Shown: positions 16,390 through 26,254, counted from the stretch's first letter. The stretch is DNA of 56,846 bases from a virus (IMGVR_UViG_3300045988_088058:1-56846); one strand, 5' to 3'. The notes: generated from the letters alone by a model not told the origin. Numbers and translations: made by a program.

Positions 16390-19300
16390 TTATCCTACAT
16401 ACCGGATCACGTTCATGTCCGGATTAAAAGAGTATTGTTCGGTTCTAAAACGGCCGACTTGAATGGATTGGGTAAAGATCCCGTTATCGATGTGAATAAC
16501 CCCTTGGGTAAGGTACATGACTTCCTTACCTGCAGAGAACATAGATATTCGATCACTTGATACCTTAATGGTAGAGCTACCGTCGTTTTTACCGATAATC
16601 AATCCTTCATTAGAAGAGCTCATATAACTGTCGACGAACTTTTTCAGTTCTCGTAACCCGCCAAGTTCTTGGATAGTAGCTTCAATTCGACTTGCGGCTA
16701 AGATTAGGTCGGCTTCGGATTTTTTAATAGCTTCTTCATTAGCTTTCATTCGACCTTCATAAGCCTTTTCTAAGTTACTTAGCTGTTCCATGGTTGCCTT
16801 AGCTTTCAGTTCTGCGTCATGTAACTGAGTTTTTTCAGTTAAGGCTAGCAACTGTTGATCCGTTAGCTTTTGGTTAGCTTTCTCGTCTAACTGAGATTGA
16901 ATATCTTCTACGGCTAAAGACCAGTCCGTTGGTACGTTACCGAGTTCTAATTTCATGCCGCAGATTTCGATATTACCTGGACCGTTTTGACCGAACTGAA
17001 TACCGTTGTTTTCCGTGTCCGCGGTAAATGATAGACTGTATTTGACCCAATTCTTGTTACGGATAGTCTTAAAGAGTACCCTGTTAGTGTCGTTCACTGT
17101 CCAAGCTCTCATTAGTAAGTTCACGGTATCCTTTTCACTTGTAGAGCTTACACGAGCCCAGCAGGATACGGTATAACGTTGACCTATAATAAGTTTAACG
17201 TTTTGACCTAAATCCTTGTTACCGCCATTCGTGTTGTTCTTAACTCTAATACCTTTTAGGATCCCAGGTACTGGATAATTGTCCAAGGTTAAAACTTCCG
17301 CGGTTCCGTTACCTCCAGACCGGATGCTCCAAGTAGGACTGACTCCGTCCTTGATAGGTAGTGTAGCAGTATTTCGAAGTAAGTTTTGTGAACCGACTTG
17401 AACATTAGCAAGACGGTCAAACCATTTATACTTAGTTCGGTCGGTACTGTCAGCTTGTGTATAATCGGAGTAATAACCCATATATTGTTGATTACGGTCT
17501 TCTAAACTGAACTCACGTGACCCGTCTGCGCTCGATGCGTAAGCTATATGGAAATAATTCGTCTTACCGTCTGCACCTGGCTTCCCTGGTATCCCTTGCG
17601 CTCCGTCATTACCCTTCCACTTCGTCCAGCGATAAGCTGCAGGGTCTTTTGAATGTTCTGGATTAAAATCCTGATACTGCCCAATGTAAGCTCGCCCTTG
17701 ATCCGTGTGACTAAATCCTTCACCATTAGGACTATCCGAGAACGCGATATGGGTATATTGCGAACGCCCATCACGTCCAGTAGGTCCAGGAATACCTTGT
17801 AACCCTTGCGGACCTTGTAACCCTTGTAGACCTCTTGGACCCGTTTCGCCGATTTTAGATACGGAATAACCAGTCTCGTTCGTGTTGTCTGTGTACGTCC
17901 AAACAGTCTTTGTCCAAAGGAAAAAGCCGGGTTGAACGTTTGGAATGTTCGAAGTCCAGTTCGTTGTAGGTGGAACAGTCCCAGAGGTAGAACCTGCATA
18001 GGTAATCGTCGTAGACTTGATCCCAACTCCATCCTTACCCGCTATACCATCACGTCCATTATTTCCGTCGCGTGGAATATAGGTCTTTTGGTAGCCAGTT
18101 TCATTAGTGTTGTCCGTGTAGGTCCAAATGGTTCGAGTCCATAGGTACTGACCTTTTATAAGCGCAGGAACTTGACTTGTCCAAGATCCAGGTTGAACAG
18201 TATCATTCATACTAATACCGTACATCACTGAAGTATTTTTTAGTCCTAGTCCGTTCTTACCTGGAACTCCATCACGTCCTGGATCTCCTTTAGCTCCGTC
18301 CTGTCCATTACGAGATACTGAATATCCCGTTTCGGTAGTTTTGTCCGTATAGCGCCAGGTTGTCTTCGTCCAAAGATAATGTCCTTGAGGGACAGTAGGG
18401 ACTTGAGTTGACCAACCTCCAGCAGGCGCAATAGTCGCGGAGTTCGAACTTGCGTACATAATTTCAGTAGCAGCTATACCGACTCCGTCTTTACCTGCGA
18501 TACCGTCTTTACCAGTGTTCCCATCTTGTCCAATATAGGCAACTGAATATCCAGTTTCATGCGCTCCGTCAGTATATCGCCAAAAGGTTTTCGTCCACAA
18601 GAAGCGTCCTTTGATTAGTTCAGGAACTTGTTCACTCCAACCACTTTCAGGCTCCTGCGTACCGGAGACGGACACGGCATAGGTAATCGAAGTATCTGCT
18701 ATACCTACTCCGTTCTTCCCTGCAACTCCGTCCACGCCGTCGCGTCCTGGAGTTCCTTGTTCTCCCTGAGGACCTTCCGGTCCTTGTAACTTAACCCAAG
18801 TGAAGTCGTCTGGGACAAGTTCATTAGGGTGTTTGGTTGTCGAAATAACCCCGATATACTTCCCGGATTCGGCGTTGAAGTTAGTTCCTAAGATATCGTC
18901 TGCGTACCTAATAACGACATGGGACTCCGTTTCAAGCTCTCCAGCTAATACACCCTCGCCGTCTTCGTTCAGTAAGTCCATCAAGTCCCGTCTTGGATCT
19001 TGGAACGTCAAAACAGACTGAGATAGGTCGTCATAGTCGATTTTTCGAGAAGAAATCTTGCGCCATTCGATAACACTATAATGGTCATCGACAATCAATT
19101 GAGTGTGATGTAGGTCGGGGATCTTTTTATACAAGACCGCTGAAGCCTCATACCCAATCAAAGGGCGACAGTAAATATCCAAGTAAGCCCTAGCAGCACT
19201 CATTAGATTTTCCTTAATCTTAAAACGTTCATCGCTTTTAGACTTTGCAATGTAGCGAGGACGCATTTGACGTGCAGTAAACCACGAGACGTCAATAAGG

Positions 19301-20055
19301 TAGTCACTTCCGTTATTGATAGAGGCAAAGGTCAAAGGTTCCTGACTTCCTTCCTCCTTTTTACCTGTGAGCTTGTAAGCGGTACAAAGGTTACGGGAGT
19401 CCTCTTGTCTCGTCACGTATTTCAAATTCTCCTCAACGACCAACGGAAAATCGACTTTTGACTCCGTGTAGGGTTGTAGAAATACGACTGTTCGAACTAT
19501 TCGAACTTCTTGCTCTAATAGCTCTTCATAGCCGAACGTGATCTCTAAATTGTATTGCTTTGCTAAATAGCGTAGGTGCCATAGCATGGAGTTTTCTTTA
19601 GCCGTAATGCTTCGAACTCTTTTATTAGCTCCGTCTGGTGGACATACTACTTGAACCCATTTACCTGCGTCCTTGATAATGTCCTGCGCTACGGCGCCGA
19701 CGGTAGTAGCTACATGCTTCAAAGGCTTAGGTAATCCTTCAGCGAGTTCATACCATAGAGCGTAGCAAGTGAACTTGGTTAGTCCTTTGGTATCTTCCAC
19801 GTCCTGCGCGTACTTAATACGGAACCAACGTCCTCCAAAACTAATAATATTTTCGACTTTTAAATGCTGGTAGATGGAAGATGTTTCAATACTTTCAAAA
19901 GAAAATACTTCCTTACCTCGCGCACGGGTTACGATTTCATCTTCGTACATCTTACTGAAGATTTCAACGCTGGCGCCAAGTAGATTGTAGTTTTGATCAT
20001 AAACATAAACAATATCGTCCGGGATAGGACTCATTATTAAGCCGTTATCTAACAT
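16390..20055 (-). CDS. Tail-associated (Tal/antireceptor) minor structural protein with collagen-like linkers, tandem modules and a lectin-like domain
   Basis: 1221 aa. The N-terminal 380 aa resemble the phage minor-structural / prophage-tail-endopeptidase region. Gly-X-Y runs are present (GPEGPQGEQGTPGRDGVDG; GPRGLQGLQGPQGLQGIPGPTGRDG). A C-terminal CBM-like domain and coiled coil follow. Confidence 0.8.
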   Translation of the reverse strand: MLDNGLIMSPIPDDIVYVYDQNYNLLGASVEIFSKMYEDEIVTRARGKEVFSFESIETSSIYQHLKVENIISFGGRWFRIKYAQDVEDTKGLTKFTCYALWYELAEGLPKPLKHVATTVGAVAQDIIKDAGKWVQVVCPPDGANKRVRSITAKENSMLWHLRYLAKQYNLEITFGYEELLEQEVRIVRTVVFLQPYTESKVDFPLVVEENLKYVTRQEDSRNLCTAYKLTGKKEEGSQEPLTFASINNGSDYLIDVSWFTARQMRPRYIAKSKSDERFKIKENLMSAARAYLDIYCRPLIGYEASAVLYKKIPDLHHTQLIVDDHYSVIEWRKISSRKIDYDDLSQSVLTFQDPRRDLMDLLNEDGEGVLAGELETESHVVIRYADDILGTNFNAESGKYIGVISTTKHPNELVPDDFTWVKLQGPEGPQGEQGTPGRDGVDGVAGKNGVGIADTSITYAVSVSGTQEPESGWSEQVPELIKGRFLWTKTFWRYTDGAHETGYSVAYIGQDGNTGKDGIAGKDGVGIAATEIMYASSNSATIAPAGGWSTQVPTVPQGHYLWTKTTWRYTDKTTETGYSVSRNGQDGAKGDPGRDGVPGKNGLGLKNTSVMYGISMNDTVQPGSWTSQVPALIKGQYLWTRTIWTYTDNTNETGYQKTYIPRDGNNGRDGIAGKDGVGIKSTTITYAGSTSGTVPPTTNWTSNIPNVQPGFFLWTKTVWTYTDNTNETGYSVSKIGETGPRGLQGLQGPQGLQGIPGPTGRDGRSQYTHIAFSDSPNGEGFSHTDQGRAYIGQYQDFNPEHSKDPAAYRWTKWKGNDGAQGIPGKPGADGKTNYFHIAYASSADGSREFSLEDRNQQYMGYYSDYTQADSTDRTKYKWFDRLANVQVGSQNLLRNTATLPIKDGVSPTWSIRSGGNGTAEVLTLDNYPVPGILKGIRVKNNTNGGNKDLGQNVKLIIGQRYTVSCWARVSSTSEKDTVNLLMRAWTVNDTNRVLFKTIRNKNWVKYSLSFTADTENNGIQFGQNGPGNIEICGMKLELGNVPTDWSLAVEDIQSQLDEKANQKLTDQQLLALTEKTQLHDAELKAKATMEQLSNLEKAYEGRMKANEEAIKKSEADLILAASRIEATIQELGGLRELKKFVDSYMSSSNEGLIIGKNDGSSTIKVSSDRISMFSAGKEVMYLTQGVIHIDNGIFTQSIQVGRFRTEQYSFNPDMNVIRYVG
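17764..18786 (-). repeat. Four tandem modules of about 83 aa (250 bp) separated by collagen-like GXY linkers, inside Tal
   Basis: Repeated pattern G(K/R)(D/N)G.G(I/L)...(I/V)(T/M)Y(A/G).S......P..W(S/T).Q(V/I)P....G..LWT(K/R)T.W.YTD...ETGY(S/Q). Confidence 0.8.
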
Positions 20056-20067
20056 GAAATCTCCTTT

Positions 20068-20907
20068 CTAATAGTAAGACGGATTGAGGAACATCTCTAC
20101 CGTTACCGGCAAAGTCGTCGTCCATGCTGCCGTATCGTTTGCGCGATACTGAATTTTAATTGTAGCTTCACCAGTAGGTACTTTGAAAAAAGCTCCTCGT
20201 TTGATATACCTAAAGATATTTGTAGCTTGCTGACTCGCGCTGATTTTAATTAGTTCAAAAGTTCCTAAGTTCAACATGACAATTGAGCCGGCTTCCATTA
20301 GTACCGAGTTAGTCCCGAACTCTACAAACTGTCCTGAACTTTTTTCCTCGATACGGAAGTATCCGTTCAATTGATTTGCTGCTCGTAGCTCTAATCGAAC
20401 TTGACGAGTGGGACGTCCAGGGTTAGGAAGTTTATCTCCTCCATCAGCTGCTTTAAAAGTGTAAGGTTTTCGAATGACTGAATTAGTGTACTCGTAACCA
20501 TCTTTGAACTGAATCGAAATTTTGACAATCAAAGTCGCCTCACCTAAAACAGGAACTTCTGTCAGGGAACCATGTTCGTGTTCTCCTAAAAATTTACCGA
20601 ATCGATAAAAGTTAGGATCCTCTTTAGTGGACAACTTCCAAAATGATTTCGATCTAATGAACTGTTTAAACTCGCGATATTTTGCGTTTACTTGTTTTTC
20701 CGATACGCCTTTGAACATTACAGTGACGCTCCCTGTTAGGCCGGATAGAGCAGTAGACGGAGAATCTAATACTCCGTCTATCCCCTCTGGGTTTTTGAAC
20801 CCTGAATCCTTAAATCCTGCCAAGGTAAGTCCTGTATAGTCCAGCACGGTCGCTCCTTTAGTAGATAAGTCAATGCCATCTGCTAATAGCGTCTGTCTGT
20901 TAGCCAT
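20068..20907 (-). CDS. Distal tail protein (Dit)
   Basis: 279 aa, located between the tape measure and Tal. Length and position are typical of siphovirus Dit proteins. Confidence 0.65.
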   Translation of the reverse strand: MANRQTLLADGIDLSTKGATVLDYTGLTLAGFKDSGFKNPEGIDGVLDSPSTALSGLTGSVTVMFKGVSEKQVNAKYREFKQFIRSKSFWKLSTKEDPNFYRFGKFLGEHEHGSLTEVPVLGEATLIVKISIQFKDGYEYTNSVIRKPYTFKAADGGDKLPNPGRPTRQVRLELRAANQLNGYFRIEEKSSGQFVEFGTNSVLMEAGSIVMLNLGTFELIKISASQQATNIFRYIKRGAFFKVPTGEATIKIQYRANDTAAWTTTLPVTVEMFLNPSYY

Positions 20908-20917
20908 ACTAGCCTCC

Positions 20918-23900
20918 TTATGGTGTTACAATGTTACCAAACCCTGATAGAGTTTCTTTACTTTTATTATACAGTCCTCTTGAGAGTTTGTCAACGTCAT
21001 CATTGTTTCGAACTACGATTGTTCCAATAGTGATTGAGGTGTGATCCTTACCTCCTGAAGCTCCGCTTCCTTGAGGTTTGTCTGGATCCTTGTCCTTGTT
21101 ACCGTATAGGTCTACCTCTGGCGTTCTAATAGCGTCTAATACCTTACCGAATCCAGGTTTTGGAAGTTCGTCCGGCATTTCATCTACAATTTGTTCGAAA
21201 ACGTCTTTGACCTTTTGAACCACTCCATTTTCCTGGATGTTCATCTTCACATTGCTTAGAGCGTCCGTAACGGTTGAAGCCATTTCAATAGCTTTGTCAC
21301 GTGTCGTTCTAATCATGTTACCGATACCATTTACGAAACCTTGTCCAGTATATACCCCCATTTTTTCCATCACACGAGATGGTGAGTGGATACCTAGGAA
21401 GCCTTTGACAGCGTTCAATGCACTTTTAGCCATGTTAGCCGCAGCGTTTACGGCCGAGCTTACCATCGAACCGATACCGTTGATGAATCCTCGAACCAAG
21501 TTGACCCCGGCGCTTACCATTTGTCCAGCGAATCCAGTGATACGCGAGATCATGGAGCTACCCATTGAACCAATCTTACCTACTACGGAACCGATCATAG
21601 AACCGATACCACTAATAAGGTTTCGAATTAAGTTCGCTCCACCTGATAGCATTTGACCTAAGAAGCTAGCGATCTTACTTACCACTTGACCCATCATAGA
21701 GGCGATTGTGGAGACGAGTGACCCTAGTAGGGAGGCGATACCTTGGATCAGTGCTTGTAGCAACTGAACCCCTGCTTGAAGAAGTTTAGGAACATAGTCT
21801 ACAATGGCTTTGAGTAACGCCATCATAATTTGAATCGCTCCAGCAATAAGTTGAGGAATCACTTGAATAAGTCCTTGAATCAATGCTAGTAGCAACTTAA
21901 CTCCAGCCTCTAATAATTGAGGAAGGTTTGATAAGATTGAAGTTAGTAGCGTCGTAATAATTTCAATCGCTGTTACAATGAGTTGAGGAATCATTTGAAT
22001 CAATCCTTGAATTAGTGCCATTAGGATTTGAACCCCTGCCTCTAATATTGGACCGATATTCTCAATTAGAGCGTTCACTAGACCTATGATGATCTGTAGG
22101 GCTGCTTCTAGAATCATTGGTAAGGCTTGAATAAGTCCTTGAACTAAACCTGTAATGATTTGTAGAGCCGCCTCTATGATAGCAGGTAGAGCCTGCACCA
22201 GACCTTGGATAAGGGCTTGAATAATCTGTATAGCTGCTCCGATGATTGTAGGTAGAGCCTGAATGAGCCCGTTAAATAGCGCCATAATAATCTGTAACGC
22301 GGCCTGAATAATTGTAGGTAGGGCTTGAGCAATACCGTTTATCAAAGCCGTTAAGATTTGAACTCCTGCCTGAATAATAGTAGGTAGGATAGTCGATAGC
22401 GTATTCACTAGCGTTTCAATTACCTGAGAAATAACTGAGACAACTCCTGGAATAGCATTAGCCATACCTTCAATGAGCTTGATTAGTATCTCAGTTCCTT
22501 TTTGAACAAATATAGGTAGGTATTGGTTAATCGCATCCGCTGCACCTTGAATGGTACTTGAAAGATTATCAAATACTTGAGTGATTCCGTCAGCGTTCAA
22601 TTGACCTGTACGAGCCCACGCAGATAGGAAGGAGACTACAAGACTAATGACAAACCCTAGCGGTCCAGTGATACCTAAGAACGCAAGTCCTACCTTAGTT
22701 AGAACAGACACGGCGATTGACATGACTCCTCCGACCTTGCCGAATGCTCCTCCTAACCTCTCTAGGCCATTGCTAATGAAAGAGCCTATCGAAGATCCTG
22801 CTTGTCCGATGTTGATTCCGAATTGTTGTAAGACGTTAGCTATTTTCGAACTAATAGCTGATCCGAACTCTTTAGCCTTATCAGCCGCCTTCTGCATCCA
22901 CTCCCAAAGGACTTTCAGCTTTTCAGCTGTCCATTCAACCGCAATTCCTAGCCCTTTCTTAATCGCCGGAGCTAAAGCATTGATAAAGTTCCGGAACGTC
23001 TCTGACTTAGTATAAGCTATCATAAAGACCGCGACGAGAGCGTAGAATGCGGCTATCACCAGGGCTATTGTTCCCATGGTACCCATAAAGGCAGGACCTA
23101 AGAACTGCATGGCGATTCGAAGTTTAACCATGGTAGTCATCACCGTACCTGCTATTAGCAGTAGCGGACCAAGTGCTGCTACCATTCCAGCGAAGATGAC
23201 TACCATCTTTTGACCTACTGGTGACATATTGAGGAAGGCTTCAATCATTTTAGTGATGCCGCCTACAACCTTAGCCAAGGCTGGTTCTAAAATTTGCTGA
23301 ATGACGATTGCAGCAGATTCGAACGCTCCTCCCATTTGCTCAATCTTACTAGCAAGGTTATCTTGCATAGTCTCTGCCATTTCTTTAGCAGCTCCGTCGG
23401 AGTTGATTAAAGCGTTGGTCATTTTATCTAACTTTTCAGGCCCTGCGTCTAATAGTGCAAGCATACCTGATAGAGAGTTTTGACCGTACAAGGTTACCAG
23501 GTGTCGGTTTTTCTCTTCTTGAGTAAGTCCAGCGGTAGCCGTTTTCAACTGAGCAAGTTGATCTTTAAGTGGAATCATCTTACCGTTCGCGTCGTAGAAT
23601 GATACACCTAATTCATCCATAGATTTAACCATGGCCTTAGTAGGTTTAGCTATACGCGAGAGAGCTCCTCTAAGCGTGGTTCCGGCTTGTGAGCCCTTAA
23701 TACCGGCGTCGGCCATAATACCAATAGATGCAGCCGTTTCTTCTAGGCTCAAGCCCATTGAGTGAGCAACTGGAGCGACATATTTCATCGCCTCTGCCAT
23801 GTCACTTGTCTCAGCGTTAGTGTCTGCAGCTGCTCGAGCGAATACGTCAGCAACGTGTCCAGCTTTTCCTGCTTCTAGTCCGAACGCACGAAGTGAGCTA

Positions 23901-24367
23901 GCCATAGCTTCAGAACTTGCGGCTACATCTCCTCCTGAAACGGCAGCGAGGTCAAGTACCCCTGGCATGGCGTCCATGATTTCATTTACCCCGAAACCTG
24001 CTGAAGCGAGATTTTCCATACCTTGAGCAGCCTCTTTAGCACTGAAGGCCGTTTTCGCTCCAAGGTCAATCGCTTGACGCTTCATTTGATCCAACTCACC
24101 GCCAGTAGCACCTGCGATAGCTTGAACACGAGACATTTGAGCTTGGAACTCATTCCCTACCTTAATGGAAGTTGCAGCTATACCTAAAAGAGGTAACGTT
24201 ACGGCGGTAGATAATACCTTACCCATGCCTGTCAACGCTGAACCAATTTGGAAGGATTTGGACGTCTCAACTGCTAGTCGTTGAGCTTGGTTCTGTGCCA
24301 AGTTCAGTTGATTAGTAAAATTGGAAATGTCTAGCGTCATTTTAGCTGCTATTGATCCAAAATCCAT
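20918..24367 (-). CDS. Tape measure protein
   Basis: 1149 aa. N-terminal TP901-type TMP region (NEFQAQMSRVQAIAGATGGEL...AKEAAQGMENLASAGF), a central TM-rich stretch, and a long helical repeat region. Confidence 0.9.
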   Translation of the reverse strand: MDFGSIAAKMTLDISNFTNQLNLAQNQAQRLAVETSKSFQIGSALTGMGKVLSTAVTLPLLGIAATSIKVGNEFQAQMSRVQAIAGATGGELDQMKRQAIDLGAKTAFSAKEAAQGMENLASAGFGVNEIMDAMPGVLDLAAVSGGDVAASSEAMASSLRAFGLEAGKAGHVADVFARAAADTNAETSDMAEAMKYVAPVAHSMGLSLEETAASIGIMADAGIKGSQAGTTLRGALSRIAKPTKAMVKSMDELGVSFYDANGKMIPLKDQLAQLKTATAGLTQEEKNRHLVTLYGQNSLSGMLALLDAGPEKLDKMTNALINSDGAAKEMAETMQDNLASKIEQMGGAFESAAIVIQQILEPALAKVVGGITKMIEAFLNMSPVGQKMVVIFAGMVAALGPLLLIAGTVMTTMVKLRIAMQFLGPAFMGTMGTIALVIAAFYALVAVFMIAYTKSETFRNFINALAPAIKKGLGIAVEWTAEKLKVLWEWMQKAADKAKEFGSAISSKIANVLQQFGINIGQAGSSIGSFISNGLERLGGAFGKVGGVMSIAVSVLTKVGLAFLGITGPLGFVISLVVSFLSAWARTGQLNADGITQVFDNLSSTIQGAADAINQYLPIFVQKGTEILIKLIEGMANAIPGVVSVISQVIETLVNTLSTILPTIIQAGVQILTALINGIAQALPTIIQAALQIIMALFNGLIQALPTIIGAAIQIIQALIQGLVQALPAIIEAALQIITGLVQGLIQALPMILEAALQIIIGLVNALIENIGPILEAGVQILMALIQGLIQMIPQLIVTAIEIITTLLTSILSNLPQLLEAGVKLLLALIQGLIQVIPQLIAGAIQIMMALLKAIVDYVPKLLQAGVQLLQALIQGIASLLGSLVSTIASMMGQVVSKIASFLGQMLSGGANLIRNLISGIGSMIGSVVGKIGSMGSSMISRITGFAGQMVSAGVNLVRGFINGIGSMVSSAVNAAANMAKSALNAVKGFLGIHSPSRVMEKMGVYTGQGFVNGIGNMIRTTRDKAIEMASTVTDALSNVKMNIQENGVVQKVKDVFEQIVDEMPDELPKPGFGKVLDAIRTPEVDLYGNKDKDPDKPQGSGASGGKDHTSITIGTIVVRNNDDVDKLSRGLYNKSKETLSGFGNIVTP
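21720..22420 (-). repeat. About ten tandem 22-aa (66-bp) helical repeats inside the tape measure gene
   Basis: Unit ALIQGLIQALPTII.AALQII repeated: LTALINGIAQALPTIIQAALQIIMALFNGLIQALPTIIGAAIQIIQALIQGLVQALPAIIEAALQII... Confidence 0.75.
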
Positions 24368-24411
24368 ATATCTTCCTTTCTATTCAATAAAAATAGGAGC
24401 GACTAAATAAG

Positions 24412-24606
24412 TCACTCCATTAGCATTTGCAAACCTGGATTCTTTTTCTCGTCTCCAGGGTACCTAGGAGTCTTATCGTCCGCGATGTAACGAATGTAAG
24501 CGACTGCCGCAGTATCGAAGCAATAGCGTCCAATTTCTGTGGTCAGTCCTACGACATCACTAGGTCTAATATGAAATTCAGTAGCGACTGCTATGACATT
24601 AGACAT
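24412..24606 (-). CDS. Tail assembly chaperone downstream ORF (gpT-like extension or separate small protein)
   Basis: 64 aa, overlaps the stop of the upstream chaperone ORF by 8 nt. It lies in the +1 frame relative to that ORF. Confidence 0.4.
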   Translation of the reverse strand: MSNVIAVATEFHIRPSDVVGLTTEIGRYCFDTAAVAYIRYIADDKTPRYPGDEKKNPGLQMLME

Positions 24607-25057
24607 TTCCTTCGTTTGAACGAAAGGACTCCGCCGAAGCTACCTCACCGTACATGGCGCTGAAGATCGTCATCAACTGATCATCTGTCATATACTCCCC
24701 GATTTCTGCGTAAGTAGGTTGAACCAACGCAGCTTCCGCAAAGACACGCAATAACTCGGCCATGTCCTGCAAGCCTGAATCACTTTTGTTCAGTTTTTCC
24801 AAGGCTTTACGTTTTTGGTCATCCGTAATCGCGTTCATTGAAAGGTCGTCTTTAACGACTTCTTGAGTTTCCCCAAAAAGTTCAGTGACCTTACCTAAAA
24901 GGGTATTAGGAATACGACCGTTCGCGATCAAGTTCATTACCCCAGCCGAGCGAATTTGAACATAAATTGGCTCGGCGCCTTTTCCAAAACCTGGAAGAGG
25001 GATAACTTGAAATGATTTTTGACGAAATTGTTCAGCGGTGATAATGTTGTTATTCAT
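24599..25057 (-). CDS. Tail assembly chaperone (gpG-like)
   Basis: 152 aa, in the canonical position between the major tail protein and the tape measure. Confidence 0.65.
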   Translation of the reverse strand: MNNNIITAEQFRQKSFQVIPLPGFGKGAEPIYVQIRSAGVMNLIANGRIPNTLLGKVTELFGETQEVVKDDLSMNAITDDQKRKALEKLNKSDSGLQDMAELLRVFAEAALVQPTYAEIGEYMTDDQLMTIFSAMYGEVASAESFRSNEGNV

Positions 25058-25075
25058 AGCAGTACCTTTCTAAAT

Positions 25076-25858
25076 TTATGCGTATTGTGCGACAAGTGTA
25101 ATATCGCGGTCAGGCATAACACTTGTATCGAAGTTCCACATAGTGGTTTCACCTAGGACTTTCCAGCCTTTGAAGACCTTACCGTCTGTGCGTGTAGGAT
25201 CTGCTGGTTTAGGTGTTACCTTTTTACCGACTTCTACTTTGACAGAGTTAGCCGTTCCGTTACCGCCAGCTAAATCATACTTCACATTGCGAAGGATAGC
25301 AGGGAGTGTAGGAACGTAGTCCATTGACTTAACAGGAAGTCCAGCTTTGGTAGCCTCGCGGGCTTTGATTTTGAACTCAGGTGCATAGAACTCTTTACCA
25401 ATGTTGAGTCCTGGAGCGCTACCAGTACAGTTGTTCAAAGTGATTTTGACGTAGTTGACGATTGAGTCCCCTACATAGTTAGGCACATAAATATTCATCC
25501 TAAATGGCTTCATATTTGTTGCGCCTTGTGCAAGCATCGGTGAGTCATATCCGGCGATAGCTTCGTTCACTTTGCGAACAGTACCCCCTTCAATGAGCGC
25601 CATAATTTCAGGGTCAAACGTGTTGTCCTTGAATGTTAGGTCGTAACCATACAAAAGGTCTGGAGTACGCACGATCGCAAGAATACGAGTATCATTGCGC
25701 TTGATGTCTTCCGTACCTTCCGAGGTTACTGACTCAAGTTCCGCAGTTTCAGCGGTGTCGACTGTAAACTTAGATCCACCAACTTTTGGTAGTTGAGTGA
25801 GTGGGTCAAGTTCTTCGATTTCGACAAACTTAATTCCGTAAAGAATATCCTTACTCAT
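25076..25858 (-). CDS. Major tail protein with C-terminal Listeria-Bacteroides (Flg_new / InlB B-repeat-like) domain
   Basis: 260 aa. The C-terminal 70 aa VKYDLAGGNGTANSVKVEVGKKVTPKPADPTRTDGKVFKGWKV...WNFDTSVMPDRDITLVAQYA fit the Y.V.FD.NGG...P.R.GY.F.GW...FDF.T.IT.D.TLYA.W repeat pattern. Confidence 0.7.
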   Translation of the reverse strand: MSKDILYGIKFVEIEELDPLTQLPKVGGSKFTVDTAETAELESVTSEGTEDIKRNDTRILAIVRTPDLLYGYDLTFKDNTFDPEIMALIEGGTVRKVNEAIAGYDSPMLAQGATNMKPFRMNIYVPNYVGDSIVNYVKITLNNCTGSAPGLNIGKEFYAPEFKIKAREATKAGLPVKSMDYVPTLPAILRNVKYDLAGGNGTANSVKVEVGKKVTPKPADPTRTDGKVFKGWKVLGETTMWNFDTSVMPDRDITLVAQYA

Positions 25859-26245
25859 TTATAGATTTCCTCCTTGTGGTATTCTATATTCGATTTCTAG
25901 TCTATAACGAGATAACATCGTGTCGAAGTAGTCCCCTGTCTCGGAGTAGGTTACCTCGTAACCCATGTCCTTGATCAGTTGTCGAACTCTTTGACCGTAG
26001 TCATCTATCCCTATAATTGAATTAGAGTGGACGTAGATTTGAACCTTCCAGTATGCAAAACTTCCTAGGCGATTTGTAGCACTAGGCATTCGATGACTGA
26101 ACCTAAGTACGATATAATCATCCGGACGGTCTAATTCATCCTCCGTTTCGCCGAACTGAAGTCCGGGAAGCATTGGCGTAGGAGACAGTTGGTAAGTTGG
26201 TAGTATCTCCTTTAGTCTGTCCATCATTGAAGTACGTTTTGTCAT
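25859..26245 (-). CDS. Tail terminator / tail completion protein (by position)
   Basis: 128 aa, immediately upstream of the major tail protein gene. Confidence 0.45.
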   Translation of the reverse strand: MTKRTSMMDRLKEILPTYQLSPTPMLPGLQFGETEDELDRPDDYIVLRFSHRMPSATNRLGSFAYWKVQIYVHSNSIIGIDDYGQRVRQLIKDMGYEVTYSETGDYFDTMLSRYRLEIEYRIPQGGNL

Positions 26246-26254
26246 TCCATCCTC

